Below are positions 41,747 to 51,992 of a stretch of DNA of 64,000 nucleotides, in pieces (position 1 is the first letter of the stretch; the number at the start of each line of letters is the position of its first letter). The notes beneath the pieces were generated by a model. That model did not search any database. It was given only the letters and a program-made list of their open reading frames with translations, and was not told the origin of the DNA. A program made the translations under genes and the position numbers. The DNA is from Candidatus Latescibacterota bacterium (GTDB lineage: Bacteria; Latescibacterota; UBA2968; UBA8231). The stretch lies in contig OZ252098.1 in NCBI GenBank assembly GCA_965248355.1, forward strand, positions 32,001 through 96,000, written 5' to 3'.

Positions 41747-41927
41747 TCAGCCTGTCTCCGGACAAGGTCGGGTGCGGATCCAATGCTAACGTGCGGGGCC
41801 CGCGTGACCCATGTCAAGGAGTAGCTTGCAAGCCCTTCTCACCTTGACATGGTCCACCTTCACCAGTAGCATTAGCGAGATCTGCAATAACTCACGGAAC
41901 CCATTGATTTTGCTAACCTTTTCGCCG

Positions 41928-43307
41928 TTGCGGGCCGTCCTGCCGCGGACGGTGGTTCTCATCGTGGGGGTGGCTGCGGCCCTGGGCCCCGCCGGTGCCG
42001 CCGGCCCGCCAGCGGCACCGGATCCCACCTCCCGGGCGGCCCCCCTCGGTCTGGCCGACTGCCTGGGCGCCGCCTTCTCCCGCAACCGCGAGCTGATCCG
42101 CGCCCGCCAGCGCATTGAGGAAGTCCGGAGCGACGCCGTCGTCGTGCGCTCCCGGCTGATGCCGCAGGTGAGCCTCACCGCCGGCTACGACGCCCTGCGG
42201 GCCGAAGGCGAGGGCCGCACCCTCGACCAGCTGGCCAGCGAGCTGCTGCTCCGGCAGCGCCTCTTCGAGTTCGGCCCCGACGCCGCCTCCGAGATCCAGC
42301 TGCGCGCCGACCTGCGCAAGGCCCTCTTCGACTACCAGGACAAGGTCTACGAGGTCAGCGCCCGCGTCTGGGAGCTCTACCACCTGATCCTGCTCAAGGA
42401 CCAGCAGATCGCCTTGCGCGTCGCCTCCCGCGAGAACTTCGAGGTCACCTTCGCGCGCCAGCAGGCCCGCTTCGAGAAGCGCCTCGCCTCCGAGGAGCAG
42501 AAGCTGCAGGCCGAGCTGAACGTGCTGGAGGAGGAGCTGAGCATCAACCGCATCCGCCGCGAGCAACTGCGCGACAAGATGGAGCTCCTGCGGCTCATCG
42601 GCCGGCCCATCGGCCTCGACCTGCGGCTCGGCGGGGACCTGGCGTCCTTCGCCGCCGACCAGGACGAGGCCGTGCGGCGGGCCCTGGCCCACGACGTGCA
42701 GATCGGCCTCACCGAGCAGCTCCTCGACGAGCAGCGGCGCGTGGTGCGCGAGATCGGCTGGGAGTACGCCCCCGACCTGAGCGCCGACGCCGGGGTCGCC
42801 GACGGCCGCCGCCGGGCGGGTCTCTCCGTCGGCCGCGAGGGCGGCACCTGGGGGGTCGGCGTGGAGACCGGCCTCACCCTCGACGAGGGGGACCGGCCGG
42901 AGGAGGTGGCCGAGGCCACCTGGTCGGCTCGCGTGCAGGCCCGCATCCCCATCTTCGAAGGCGGCGCCCGCCTGGGCCGGGAAGGCCTGGAGCGGGCCCG
43001 GCTGCGGGGCCTGCAGGTGCAGCTGCGCGACCTGCGCGCCGCCGCCGAGCTGGGCGTGCGCCAGGCCTACCAGTCGATGCTCGAGGCCGAGGAGACCCAG
43101 CGGCTGCAGGAGAAGAGCGTGGTCATCGCCCGGCGCCGCCTGGAGATCAAGCAGCAGGTGCAGGAGAAGGGCGGCCAGGTGGACGAGGCGGTGCTGGAGA
43201 ACTTCCGGCAGCAGTTCTTCACCGCCCAGGAGGTCCTGTTCCAGAACCAGGAGACCTACATCTCGCGCCAGGCCGAGCTGCGGCGGCTGATGGGATACGT
43301 CGAATGA
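41928..43307 (+). CDS. TolC-family outer-membrane efflux protein
   Basis: Signal peptide; two OEP repeats (MPQVSL..G, QRLFEFG; PDLS, IPIFEGG, VRQAY); start uncertain. Confidence 0.82.
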   Translation: MRAVLPRTVVLIVGVAAALGPAGAAGPPAAPDPTSRAAPLGLADCLGAAFSRNRELIRARQRIEEVRSDAVVVRSRLMPQVSLTAGYDALRAEGEGRTLDQLASELLLRQRLFEFGPDAASEIQLRADLRKALFDYQDKVYEVSARVWELYHLILLKDQQIALRVASRENFEVTFARQQARFEKRLASEEQKLQAELNVLEEELSINRIRREQLRDKMELLRLIGRPIGLDLRLGGDLASFAADQDEAVRRALAHDVQIGLTEQLLDEQRRVVREIGWEYAPDLSADAGVADGRRRAGLSVGREGGTWGVGVETGLTLDEGDRPEEVAEATWSARVQARIPIFEGGARLGREGLERARLRGLQVQLRDLRAAAELGVRQAYQSMLEAEETQRLQEKSVVIARRRLEIKQQVQEKGGQVDEAVLENFRQQFFTAQEVLFQNQETYISRQAELRRLMGYVE

Positions 43308-44830
43308 GAGTCGCCGGTCCGCTCCTGGCCGCGTGCCTGCTGCTGGGCGCCGGCGGTGCCGCCGCGGCGCCGGAGGCCGCCGGGCTCACGCGCCAGCAGC
43401 AGCTGGACAAGCTGCGGCTCGACGAGCGCCAGCTGCAGCTCGAGCAGCGCCGCGTCAGCCTCGCCCAGGCCCTCGAGGAGCTGAGCCTCACGCACACTCT
43501 CTACGACTCCGGATTCGTGCCCCTGCTCACCTTCAAGCAGGCCCAGAACAGCTACGCCGAGGCGCGGCTGCAGCTGGAGGAGGCCGAGATCCTGCTGGAG
43601 GAGACCAAGCTCGACCTGCTGAGGAACGCCACCCACATCGTCGTGCGCGACGCCCGCAAGTACAAGAGCCCCGACGGCAAGAGCATGGTCGACATCGTGG
43701 TGGAGAACGCCTCCGACACGCGCGACGCCCTCGTCGTCGATCCGTCGCTCACCGAGGACGACCTGCGCACCCTGCTGCGCGTTGAGAACATCTTTGTCGC
43801 CCTGAAGAACGGCCCCATCGTGGGCGAGCCCTACGAGACGCGGGTCCCCGCCCTCGACGTGGGCCAGCGGCGCACCCTGACCTTCCGGCTCCTGCGCGAC
43901 GAGGAGTTCGTGGCCGTGGTGCTCAGCTATCTCGACACCTTGGAGGAGCCCATCCCCGTCACCCTGCGCAAGGGCGGGCGGGAGAACCTGCCGAGCATCA
44001 ACTCCGCCCAGTTCTCGCAGACCGGGGAGCTGCAGCAGGACGTGCGCTTCGACCTCATCGTGGAACGCCTCTCCGACGAGGAGCGCAGCTTCGCCCTCGC
44101 CGTCCTCGGCCTGCCGCGCAAGATCGACTTCTCCTTCCGCGACGCCGGCGCCAAGGTCAACCAGGTGAAGTTCGACGAGAACAAGTCCAAGGGCACCCTC
44201 GGCCTGGTGCTCGAGATCCCCGAGAAGCTCGACCGCCGCTTCGTGGGCGTGGCGCGCCCCTTCTTCGCCCTGGTCACCGAGCCGCGCGAGTACGCCCGCA
44301 TCCACGCCATCCAGGCGCGCTACGGCGACGACCCGGTGCCGGAGGAGGAGCTGCGGGGCCTGCGGTCCAACTACGTCAAGCTCGAGCTCATCCCCAAGGG
44401 CATCGGCAAGCTCGAGGTCCTCGTCTCCAACACCTACCGGGAGATCCAGACCGGGGAGGAGCTGCGCATCCGCGTCGAGTTCCTCAATCGCGGCAGCGTG
44501 GCGGTGCAGAACATCAAGGCCGCCCTCGACCTGCCCTACCAGTGGCAGGAGGAGGTGACGCCCCTGCTCATCAAGCGCCTGGAGCCCGACGAGCGGACGC
44601 CCCTCGACATCGTCGCCCGGCCGCCCGCCGACATCGCCGTGGGCAACTACGAGCTCGGCGTGGAGGCCCAGGGCCAGGTGGGCAACGAGAACGTGGAGTC
44701 CCTGGAGAAGAACCTGACCATCCACGTGGGGGCGCGCTCGAACATCGCCGGCAACGTCATCCTCATCGGCATTCTCGTGCTCCTCGTCGTGGGTATCGGC
44801 GTGGCCAGCGTCCGGATCAGCCGGCGATGA
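43304..44830 (+). CDS. Exported protein: coiled-coil hairpin + Ig-like/NEW3-like domains + C-terminal TM anchor
   Basis: Signal peptide; heptad region; N.G...L.LP..W..L.P.E...G.Y NEW3-like motif; C-terminal TM followed by RR. Confidence 0.75.
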   Translation: MRVAGPLLAACLLLGAGGAAAAPEAAGLTRQQQLDKLRLDERQLQLEQRRVSLAQALEELSLTHTLYDSGFVPLLTFKQAQNSYAEARLQLEEAEILLEETKLDLLRNATHIVVRDARKYKSPDGKSMVDIVVENASDTRDALVVDPSLTEDDLRTLLRVENIFVALKNGPIVGEPYETRVPALDVGQRRTLTFRLLRDEEFVAVVLSYLDTLEEPIPVTLRKGGRENLPSINSAQFSQTGELQQDVRFDLIVERLSDEERSFALAVLGLPRKIDFSFRDAGAKVNQVKFDENKSKGTLGLVLEIPEKLDRRFVGVARPFFALVTEPREYARIHAIQARYGDDPVPEEELRGLRSNYVKLELIPKGIGKLEVLVSNTYREIQTGEELRIRVEFLNRGSVAVQNIKAALDLPYQWQEEVTPLLIKRLEPDERTPLDIVARPPADIAVGNYELGVEAQGQVGNENVESLEKNLTIHVGARSNIAGNVILIGILVLLVVGIGVASVRISRR

Positions 44831-46362
44831 CTCTGGCCCGCGCCTGCCTGGGGGCCCTCATCGGCCTCCTCCTCCTGGGCTCGCCCCTGGCGGCCGTCAA
44901 GGACCTGCGCACCAAGGAGCAGCGCCTCTACGACATCAAGCTGCGCAAGGCCCGGTGGGAGGTGGACAGCCGCCAGCTCGAGATGGACAACAACAAGAGC
45001 GACTACGACATCATCCAGGAGCTCTTCGACGAGAAGATCGAGACCCTCGAGAGCCTGAACAAAGCCCGGCGGGCCTTCCTGCAGTCGGAGCTGAAGTACA
45101 GCGAGGCCGTCTTCCAGCTCGACCGCACGCGGCTGGAGTTTCTCAAGGACGCCACCCACGTCGCCATCCGCGAGGCCCGCAAGTACCGCACCCTCGACGG
45201 GCGCCGCCAGGTCGACATCGTCCTGGAGAACGCCTCGCAGCTGGACCAGGCCCTCTCCCTCAACCCCGACAGGGAGGAGAGCGAGATCCGGCCCCTGCTG
45301 GAGATCCAGAGCCTCAAGGTCTCCCTCACCGAGTTCATGGGCACCATCGTCGCCGAGCCCTACGAGATCCTCGTGCCCTCCCTGCCCCTCGGCGAGCGCA
45401 TCCAGCTCACCTTCCGGCTGCTCCACGACTACGAGGACGTCGTCGTCGCCCTCACCTACCTCGACCGCAGCGAGGAGTCCCTGCACATCGTCATGCGCCG
45501 GGAGTCGAGCCAGGACCTGCCGACGATCAACTCGGTCCAGTTCTCCCAGGAGGGCGACCTCAACACGCGGGTCAACTACGACCTCATCCTCGAGCGCCTG
45601 GCCGAGGACGAGAAGACCTTCCGCCTGGCCCTGGTCAACCTGCCCCGGGAGATCACCCCCGCCTTCCTCGACCCGGGCACCAACGCCAGCCTCACCCAGG
45701 TCAAGTTCAGCGAGGAGGTGACGCGCCAGCAGCTGGAGCTCGAGCTGCAGATCCCCGAGAAGCTCAGCCGCGGCTACGTGGACCAGACGATCGAGTTCTA
45801 CGTCTTCGTCACCGAGGCCGACGGCTTCGGGCGCATCGGCGAGCTGCACCGCGAGCACCGCGGCCCCATTCCCCTGGAGGCGATCAACACGATCCCGGGG
45901 AACAAGGAGCGCTTCGAGCTCATCCCCCGGGGCCGCGGCGCCCTGGAGACCCTCATCGCCAACCGCTACCAGGAGGTGCGCACCGGCGAGGAGGTGCAGG
46001 TGCGCGTCGACCTGCTCAACACCGGGACCCTCGAGGTGGAGAGGGTGCACCTGGTGCTGACCGCGCCTCTGGACTGGACCTGGTCCTCCGACCCCGACAC
46101 CATCGACCGCATCCTGCCGGGGGAGAAGGAGCCGGTCAACATCACCCTCGTGCAGCCCTCCGGCCTCGGTGTCAGCGAGTACGACGTGCGCGTCGAAGCC
46201 GCCGGGTACGAGGGCCCCGAGCGCATCGAGGCCCAGGAGAAGGACATCACCATCCGTGTCGAGAAGCGGGCCCGGGTCATCCGCAACGCCCTGATCATCG
46301 CCGCCGTCATCGCCCTCGTCGTCGGGGTCGCCGTGGGCAGCATCAAGGTCTCCCGGCGCTAG
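44827..46362 (+). CDS. Paralog of 43304-44830 (hairpin + Ig/NEW3-like + C-terminal TM)
   Basis: Shared motifs ATH....ARKY, IV.EPYE, LP.INS.QFSQ.G.L, IPEKL and ELIP.G.G.LE; ATGA overlap. Confidence 0.75.
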   Translation: MTLARACLGALIGLLLLGSPLAAVKDLRTKEQRLYDIKLRKARWEVDSRQLEMDNNKSDYDIIQELFDEKIETLESLNKARRAFLQSELKYSEAVFQLDRTRLEFLKDATHVAIREARKYRTLDGRRQVDIVLENASQLDQALSLNPDREESEIRPLLEIQSLKVSLTEFMGTIVAEPYEILVPSLPLGERIQLTFRLLHDYEDVVVALTYLDRSEESLHIVMRRESSQDLPTINSVQFSQEGDLNTRVNYDLILERLAEDEKTFRLALVNLPREITPAFLDPGTNASLTQVKFSEEVTRQQLELELQIPEKLSRGYVDQTIEFYVFVTEADGFGRIGELHREHRGPIPLEAINTIPGNKERFELIPRGRGALETLIANRYQEVRTGEEVQVRVDLLNTGTLEVERVHLVLTAPLDWTWSSDPDTIDRILPGEKEPVNITLVQPSGLGVSEYDVRVEAAGYEGPERIEAQEKDITIRVEKRARVIRNALIIAAVIALVVGVAVGSIKVSRR

Positions 46363-46441
46363 CCCCCGGGCGGCCCTTCTCCTGGTAGCGGCCCGCCGTG
46401 CGCCGGGCTATATTCTGACGGTCACAAGCCGAAGGGGGGCC

Positions 46442-47233
46442 ATGAAATACGACATCGGTGATCTGCTCAATTCCTGGCCCTTCGATCCGGACGAGTTCAT
46501 CGCCCGCCGGATCACCGCCCGGGACGGGGCGGAGAAGATCCAGATCCGCATCGACATGGGGATTCTCCAGCTCGAGGTTCGCGGCCGTCCCGACGGACAC
46601 CGCCCCCACGGGGCCGAGTCCTTCCTGCACCACTTCCGCCAATCCCTGGCCCACCGCTCCGCTCCGGCCCCCAAGGGCGGCACCCAGCTCGACGAGCAGA
46701 GCTGCGAGGACCTCTTCCAGGAGGCCTGGCAGTACTACCAGCGCTACCTGGCCCTGTTCTACCTGGAGGACTACGAAGGGGTCGAGCGCGACACCGGCCA
46801 CAACCTGGCCATCTTCGACCTCGTCCATCAGCACGCCGACAGCGACGAGGTCAAGTGGTACTTCGAGCAGTACCTGCCCCACGCGGTGATGATGCAGGCG
46901 AGGGCCCGGGCCATGGCCGCCCTCGAGGCCAAGGACTACGGCGCCGCCCTCCGCCACGTGCAGCGCGGCATCGACCGCATCGAGGAGTTCCTCGGCGAGT
47001 GGGAGGGGGAGGGGGACGTGATGGACGAGGAGTGCCCCGAGCTGTCCTTCCTCACCGACTGGTACGAGGAGCTGGAGAAGGAGCGGCCCCTGTCGCAGAA
47101 GGAGCAGCTGGAGCGCGACCTCCACGTCGCCGTGGAAGCCGAGAACTTCGAGGAGGCGGCGCGCCTGCGCGACAAGCTGCGCACCCTTAGGCCCGCCTTC
47201 TTCAACCCCGAGCGCAGCTCCTCCACCTCCTGA
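46442..47233 (+). CDS. UvrB/UvrC-motif-containing conserved protein
   Basis: QIRIDMGILQLE..GRPDG.RP.G and C-terminal AVEAENFEEAARLRD motifs. Confidence 0.85.
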   Translation: MKYDIGDLLNSWPFDPDEFIARRITARDGAEKIQIRIDMGILQLEVRGRPDGHRPHGAESFLHHFRQSLAHRSAPAPKGGTQLDEQSCEDLFQEAWQYYQRYLALFYLEDYEGVERDTGHNLAIFDLVHQHADSDEVKWYFEQYLPHAVMMQARARAMAALEAKDYGAALRHVQRGIDRIEEFLGEWEGEGDVMDEECPELSFLTDWYEELEKERPLSQKEQLERDLHVAVEAENFEEAARLRDKLRTLRPAFFNPERSSSTS

Positions 47234-47264
47234 AGGACCCGCCGCGCGCCGTCGGGCGGCCCCC

Positions 47265-48062
47265 CTACAGCCCCAGCACGTCCCCCATGTCGTAGAGCCC
47301 CGGCCCGGCGGCGGCGGCGAAGCGCGCCGCCCGCAGGGCCCCGAGGGCGAAGGCGTCGCGGCTGGTGGCGTGGTGGCGCAGTTCCAGGTACTCCCCCGAA
47401 GCGCCGTAGAACACGGAGTGATCGCCGGCGACGTCGCCGAGGCGCAGGGCGTGCAGGCCGATCTCGGTGCGCGTTCGCTCGCCGGTGACCCCTTCGCGGC
47501 CGTGGACGGCCACCTCCTCGAGGCGGCGCCCGACGCCGGCCGCGGCCCGTTCGGCCAGCCGCAGGGCCGAGCCGCTCGGGGCGTCGGCCTTGTGCCGGTG
47601 ATGGGCCTCCACGACCTCGATGTCGTAGTCGTCGCCGAGGATGCGCGCGGCCTCCTCCACGAGCTTGAAGAGGAGGTTCATGGCGGTGGAGAAGTTGGGG
47701 GCGATGACGCAGGGGATGGGGGCCACGGCGGCCCGGAACTCGGCCAACTGGCCGGGCGACAGTCCGGTGGTGCCCACGACCATGGCCGTGCCCGCCGCGG
47801 CGCTGGCCGCGGCGTCGGCGAGGGTGGCTTCCGGGGTGGTGAAGGCGACCACCACGTCGGCGTCGGCCGCGGCGATGGCCGGTTGAAGGCTCACGCCGAG
47901 GTGACCGCGGCCCAGGACCTCGCCGGCGTCGCGCCCCAGCCACTGGTGGCCGGGGCGCTCGCTGGCGGCGCTCAGCTCCAGGTCGTCGGCATTGAGGATG
48001 AGGTGGCCCAGGCGCTGGCCCATGCGGCCGGCGAGGCCGCAGACGGCGATGCGGACCGCCAT
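47265..48062 (-). CDS. dapB: 4-hydroxy-tetrahydrodipicolinate reductase
   Basis: G..GRMG, GTTG and EAHHRHKADAPSG motifs. Confidence 0.95.
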   Translation of the reverse strand: MAVRIAVCGLAGRMGQRLGHLILNADDLELSAASERPGHQWLGRDAGEVLGRGHLGVSLQPAIAAADADVVVAFTTPEATLADAAASAAAGTAMVVGTTGLSPGQLAEFRAAVAPIPCVIAPNFSTAMNLLFKLVEEAARILGDDYDIEVVEAHHRHKADAPSGSALRLAERAAAGVGRRLEEVAVHGREGVTGERTRTEIGLHALRLGDVAGDHSVFYGASGEYLELRHHATSRDAFALGALRAARFAAAAGPGLYDMGDVLGL

Positions 48063-49099
48063 CAGTACCCGGCGTAGACGAGGGCTTCCACCGCCGCCGC
48101 GTCGTGCAGCCGGGCCTCCACGTCGACGCCGAAGGCCTCGCCCACCGGCGCCAGCAGGGCCGGGTCGTTGCGCCACACCTGCAGGGCCGCGTCGACGACG
48201 ACCGCGGCGCCCTGGCGGGTGAGCCGGCCCAGGGGCTGGCGGCAGGGGCCGGAGGGCATGCCGAGCACGTTCATCAGCGTCTTGACCGGCACCGGGTTGC
48301 GGGCCTTGCACTCCACCGGACCCCGGGCGCTCTGCTCGGTGGTCGTGACGCCGACGATGCCGAACAGTGGCTTGAGGTCCTCGGCCAGCTTGCCGGCCAG
48401 GGCGGTCTCGCCGCCGGAGATGGCGCGGGTCAGGCGCGTGATCGGGCCGGGAACGACGTTGGCGATCACCGAGATCACGCCGCCGGCGGCGATGGCCTCC
48501 CGCTGCATCATCTCCACGGTTCGGTCGTCGTCCCCGGACATGATGCTGAAGCCGGGTCCGCACAGGCGGCGGGTCTTCGCCATGTTGTCGTAGTCGCCGG
48601 TGGCCTCCTTCACCGTGGCCACGTTGGGATGCTCCTCATAGAGGATGGCAAGGTCCTCGGCGTGCAGCATCGTGCCCGTGCGGCCGGGGATGACGTAGGG
48701 GACGATGGGCAGTTCGGGGAACTCCGCCGCCACCGGGGCCACGTACTCGCGGCGGATCTCCACCGAGCTCGGCCCGTTGTAGTAGGGATCGACGAGGAGC
48801 ACGCTGTCGGCGCCGGCGTGGGCGGCATGGGCGGTGCCGGCCAGGGTCTCCCGCGTCGAGTTGCTGCCGGTGCCGGCCATGGAGCGGCATCGTCCCTTCG
48901 TCGTCCGGCAGGTGCGCTCGATGACCTCGTTGTGCTCCTCCCACAACAGGGTCGGGCTCTCGCCCGTGGTGCCCACGGCGACGATGCCGTCAATGCCGTT
49001 GGAAATCTGGAACTCGAGGAGCCGCTGGAGCCCCTCGTAGTCGACGCTGCCGTCCTTGCGGAGGGGGGTGACGGAGGCCGTGTAGCAACCCTTGATCAT
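48062..49099 (-). CDS. dapA: 4-hydroxy-tetrahydrodipicolinate synthase
   Basis: GTTGESPTL, PYYN, Y.IPGRTG, KEATG and SGDD motifs; adjacent to dapB. Confidence 0.93.
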   Translation of the reverse strand: MIKGCYTASVTPLRKDGSVDYEGLQRLLEFQISNGIDGIVAVGTTGESPTLLWEEHNEVIERTCRTTKGRCRSMAGTGSNSTRETLAGTAHAAHAGADSVLLVDPYYNGPSSVEIRREYVAPVAAEFPELPIVPYVIPGRTGTMLHAEDLAILYEEHPNVATVKEATGDYDNMAKTRRLCGPGFSIMSGDDDRTVEMMQREAIAAGGVISVIANVVPGPITRLTRAISGGETALAGKLAEDLKPLFGIVGVTTTEQSARGPVECKARNPVPVKTLMNVLGMPSGPCRQPLGRLTRQGAAVVVDAALQVWRNDPALLAPVGEAFGVDVEARLHDAAAVEALVYAGY

Positions 49100-49203
49100 C
49101 GATTGGCGAGCCTGTCTTGCGGGGATGGCGGATTGTGGCGAGTGTGTAGCGGCATGATAGAAGCCGCTCCAAACAGTGTCAACAAAGGAGCAGGACGACG
49201 GCG

Positions 49204-50379
49204 ATGACCGGCGAGCTCGGGATGCGGTACGGGTGCAACCCGCACCAGGCCGGGGCCCGCTGCTTCCTCGAGGACGGGGACCTGCCGCTGCAGGCGCTGC
49301 ACAACGCGCCGAGCTACATCAACCTCCTCGACGCCCTCAACGCCTGGCAGCTGGTGCGCGAGCTGAAGGCGGCCACGGGCCTGCCCGCCGCCGCCTCCTT
49401 CAAGCATCTGAGCCCCGCCGGCGCCGCCGTGGGCCGGCCCCTGTCCGCCGGGCTGCGGCAGGCCCTGTTCGTCCCGGAAGACGCGGAACTGAGCCCCCTG
49501 GCCTGCGCCTATGCCCGCGCCCGCGGCGCCGATCGCCTCGCCTCCTTCGGCGACTGGATCGCCGTCAGCGATCCCCTCGACCTGGCCACGGCCGAGGTCA
49601 TCCGTCCGGAGATCTCCGACGGCCTCGTCGCCCCCGGCTTCGAGGAGGGCACGGTGGACCTGCTGAAGGGCAAGAAGGGCGGCGACTACAAGATCCTGCA
49701 GATCGACGCCGGGTACGAGCCGGGGGCGGTGGAATCCCGCCAGGTCTTCGGCCTCACCCTGCAGCAGCGCCGCAACGACTTCGCGCCCGACGACGGGTTC
49801 TTCGCCGACGTCGTGACCGCGCGCAAGGAGCTGTCGGCGGCGGCCCTCCGCGACCTCACGGTGGCCACCATCGCGGTGAAGTACACCCAGTCCAACTCCG
49901 TGGTCTGCGCCGTCGACGGCCAGGTCGTGGGCGCCGGCGCCGGCCAGCAGTCGCGCATCCACTGCGTGCGCCTGGCCTGCGGCAAGGCCGACCGCTGGCA
50001 CCTGCGCCAGCATCCCGCGGTGGGGTCCCTGCGCTTCCGCAAGGGGCTGCGCCGCGCCGACAAGGACAACGCCATCGACCTGTTCTTCGAGGACGAGCTC
50101 TCCGGCGCCGAGGAGGCGGCCTGGCGGGAGTGCTTCCGCAGGGTGCCCGAACGCCTGTCGGCGCGGGACCGGCGGGAGTGGCTCGACGGCATGGAAGGTC
50201 TGGCCCTCAGCTCCGACGCCTACTTCCCCTTCCGGGACAACATCGACCGCGCCAGCCGCTCCGGCGTCGATCACGTGGTCCAGCCCGGCGGCTCCGTGAA
50301 GGACGCCGAGGTCATCGCCGCCGCCGACGGCTACGGCATGACCATGGTGTTCTCGGGCGTCCGCCTGTTCCACCACTGA
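49204..50379 (+). CDS. purH: AICAR transformylase (PurH C-terminal domain only)
   Basis: RYG.NPHQ, SFKH.SPAG, KYTQSNSV, GQQSRIHC and SSDAYFPF.D motifs; no IMP cyclohydrolase domain. Confidence 0.9.
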   Translation: MTGELGMRYGCNPHQAGARCFLEDGDLPLQALHNAPSYINLLDALNAWQLVRELKAATGLPAAASFKHLSPAGAAVGRPLSAGLRQALFVPEDAELSPLACAYARARGADRLASFGDWIAVSDPLDLATAEVIRPEISDGLVAPGFEEGTVDLLKGKKGGDYKILQIDAGYEPGAVESRQVFGLTLQQRRNDFAPDDGFFADVVTARKELSAAALRDLTVATIAVKYTQSNSVVCAVDGQVVGAGAGQQSRIHCVRLACGKADRWHLRQHPAVGSLRFRKGLRRADKDNAIDLFFEDELSGAEEAAWRECFRRVPERLSARDRREWLDGMEGLALSSDAYFPFRDNIDRASRSGVDHVVQPGGSVKDAEVIAAADGYGMTMVFSGVRLFHH

Positions 50380-50390
50380 AGGAGGGAAGC

Positions 50391-51359
50391 ATGAGCGTGA
50401 CCCCCGCCGAGCGGCGCCAATTCCAGGAGGAGGGATGGGTGATGAAGCCCGGCATCCTCGACGACGGCGGCGTGGAGCCCATCCGGCGCGGCCTCCACGC
50501 CGCCGTCGACCGCGAGGCCGAGCGCGCCCGGCAGGAGGGCCTCGTGGACGAGACCTTTCCCGCCGCTCCCTTCGACCGGCGCCTCGCCCTGCTGGCGGAG
50601 CGCTATCCCGACCAGGTCCCGCGGATCATGGCGCCCGTCAACAGCGGGCGCTTCGCGGGCCCGGAGCTGTTCCACACCCTCACCCATCCCAGGCTGCTCG
50701 ACGTCGTCCAGGGCTTCGTGGGCGAGCGGATCATCGGCTCCTCCGTCTACCGCGTGCGTCCCAAGCTCCCCCGCTGGGAGCGGGGCGAGGTCCCCTGGCA
50801 CCAGGACTCCGGCTACTTCCTGCCCCACTGCGACGACCTGCTGGTCCTCACCTGCTGGATCCCGCTGATCGACGTCTCCGTGGACAACGGCTGCCTGTGG
50901 GTCGTGCCCCGCAGCCACCGCAACGGGGTGTACCGGCACTACACGGGGGGGCACGGCGGCTATCTCGAGATCCCCGGAACGGTGCCAGGCGCCGAGCCCA
51001 TCCCCGTGGAGATGAAGCGCGGCGATGTCCTCTTCCTCACCAACCTCACCGCCCACGCTTCCTTCGAGAACCACAGCGACCAAGTGCGCTGGAGCCTCGA
51101 CCTGCGCTACCAGAGCGCCGAGGCGCCGAACAACGTGGGGGAGGACCCCGCCGCCTGCACGCCGGAGAGGGACCCCGTGACCATGGCCTGCTATCCGCCC
51201 GAGGCCGACTTCGTCATCCGCGACCCGGAGGCGCCGGAGCGCGAGTGCCGCACGGCCGAGGAGTTCTGCGCCCTCCGCGAGCGGTTCTACGAGAACCGCG
51301 CCTACATGCCCGGCCGAGGATGGACGCCCCTGGCGTCGCGGGGAACGGCCGGAGACTGA
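50391..51359 (+). CDS. Phytanoyl-CoA dioxygenase (PhyH) family protein
   Basis: PWHQD, WIPL.D..NGCL and H.S..N..R motifs. Confidence 0.92.
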   Translation: MSVTPAERRQFQEEGWVMKPGILDDGGVEPIRRGLHAAVDREAERARQEGLVDETFPAAPFDRRLALLAERYPDQVPRIMAPVNSGRFAGPELFHTLTHPRLLDVVQGFVGERIIGSSVYRVRPKLPRWERGEVPWHQDSGYFLPHCDDLLVLTCWIPLIDVSVDNGCLWVVPRSHRNGVYRHYTGGHGGYLEIPGTVPGAEPIPVEMKRGDVLFLTNLTAHASFENHSDQVRWSLDLRYQSAEAPNNVGEDPAACTPERDPVTMACYPPEADFVIRDPEAPERECRTAEEFCALRERFYENRAYMPGRGWTPLASRGTAGD

Positions 51360-51364
51360 CCGCC

Positions 51365-51985
51365 GTGACCCGGCCGCCCCTGCGCCTCGGGTTTCTGGCC
51401 TCCGGCGGCGGCACCAACCTGCAGTCCCTTCTCGACGCCTGCCGCGACGGGCGGCTTCACGCCGAGCCCCGCGTCGTCATCGGCAACAACTCCGGCTCCG
51501 GGGCCTTGGCGCGGGCGCGGGACCAGGGGCTCCCCGTCCGCCACCTGAGCGGCCGCACCCACCCGGACCCGGCCGCCCTCGACGCGGGGATCCGCGAGGC
51601 CCTGCTCGAGGAGGGGGCCGAGGTGATCTGTCTGGCCGGCTACATGAAGCGGGTGGGGCCGCGGACCCTGACCGCCTTCGACGGCCGCATCCTCAACATC
51701 CACCCGGGCCTGCTGCCGCGCCACGGCGGCCGGGGGTTCTACGGCCTGCGCGTGCACGAGGCGGTCCTGGCCGCCGGCGAGCGGGTCAGCGGCGCCACCG
51801 TGCACGTGGTGGACGAGATCTACGACCACGGGCCGGTCCTGGCGCAGGAGGAGGTGCCGGTAGAGCCCGGCGACACACCCGAGACCCTGGCCGCCCGTGT
51901 GCTGGAGGCGGAGCACCGCCTCTACCCGGAGACCCTGCAGAGGATCGCCTCGGGGCAGATCGACCTCGACCGCTACGCCGCCTGA
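51365..51985 (+). CDS. purN: Phosphoribosylglycinamide formyltransferase
   Basis: SGGGTNLQ, LAGYMK, NIHPGLLP and GATVH.VD..YDHGP motifs. Confidence 0.95.
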   Translation: MTRPPLRLGFLASGGGTNLQSLLDACRDGRLHAEPRVVIGNNSGSGALARARDQGLPVRHLSGRTHPDPAALDAGIREALLEEGAEVICLAGYMKRVGPRTLTAFDGRILNIHPGLLPRHGGRGFYGLRVHEAVLAAGERVSGATVHVVDEIYDHGPVLAQEEVPVEPGDTPETLAARVLEAEHRLYPETLQRIASGQIDLDRYAA

Positions 51986-51992
51986 GGGGTCT

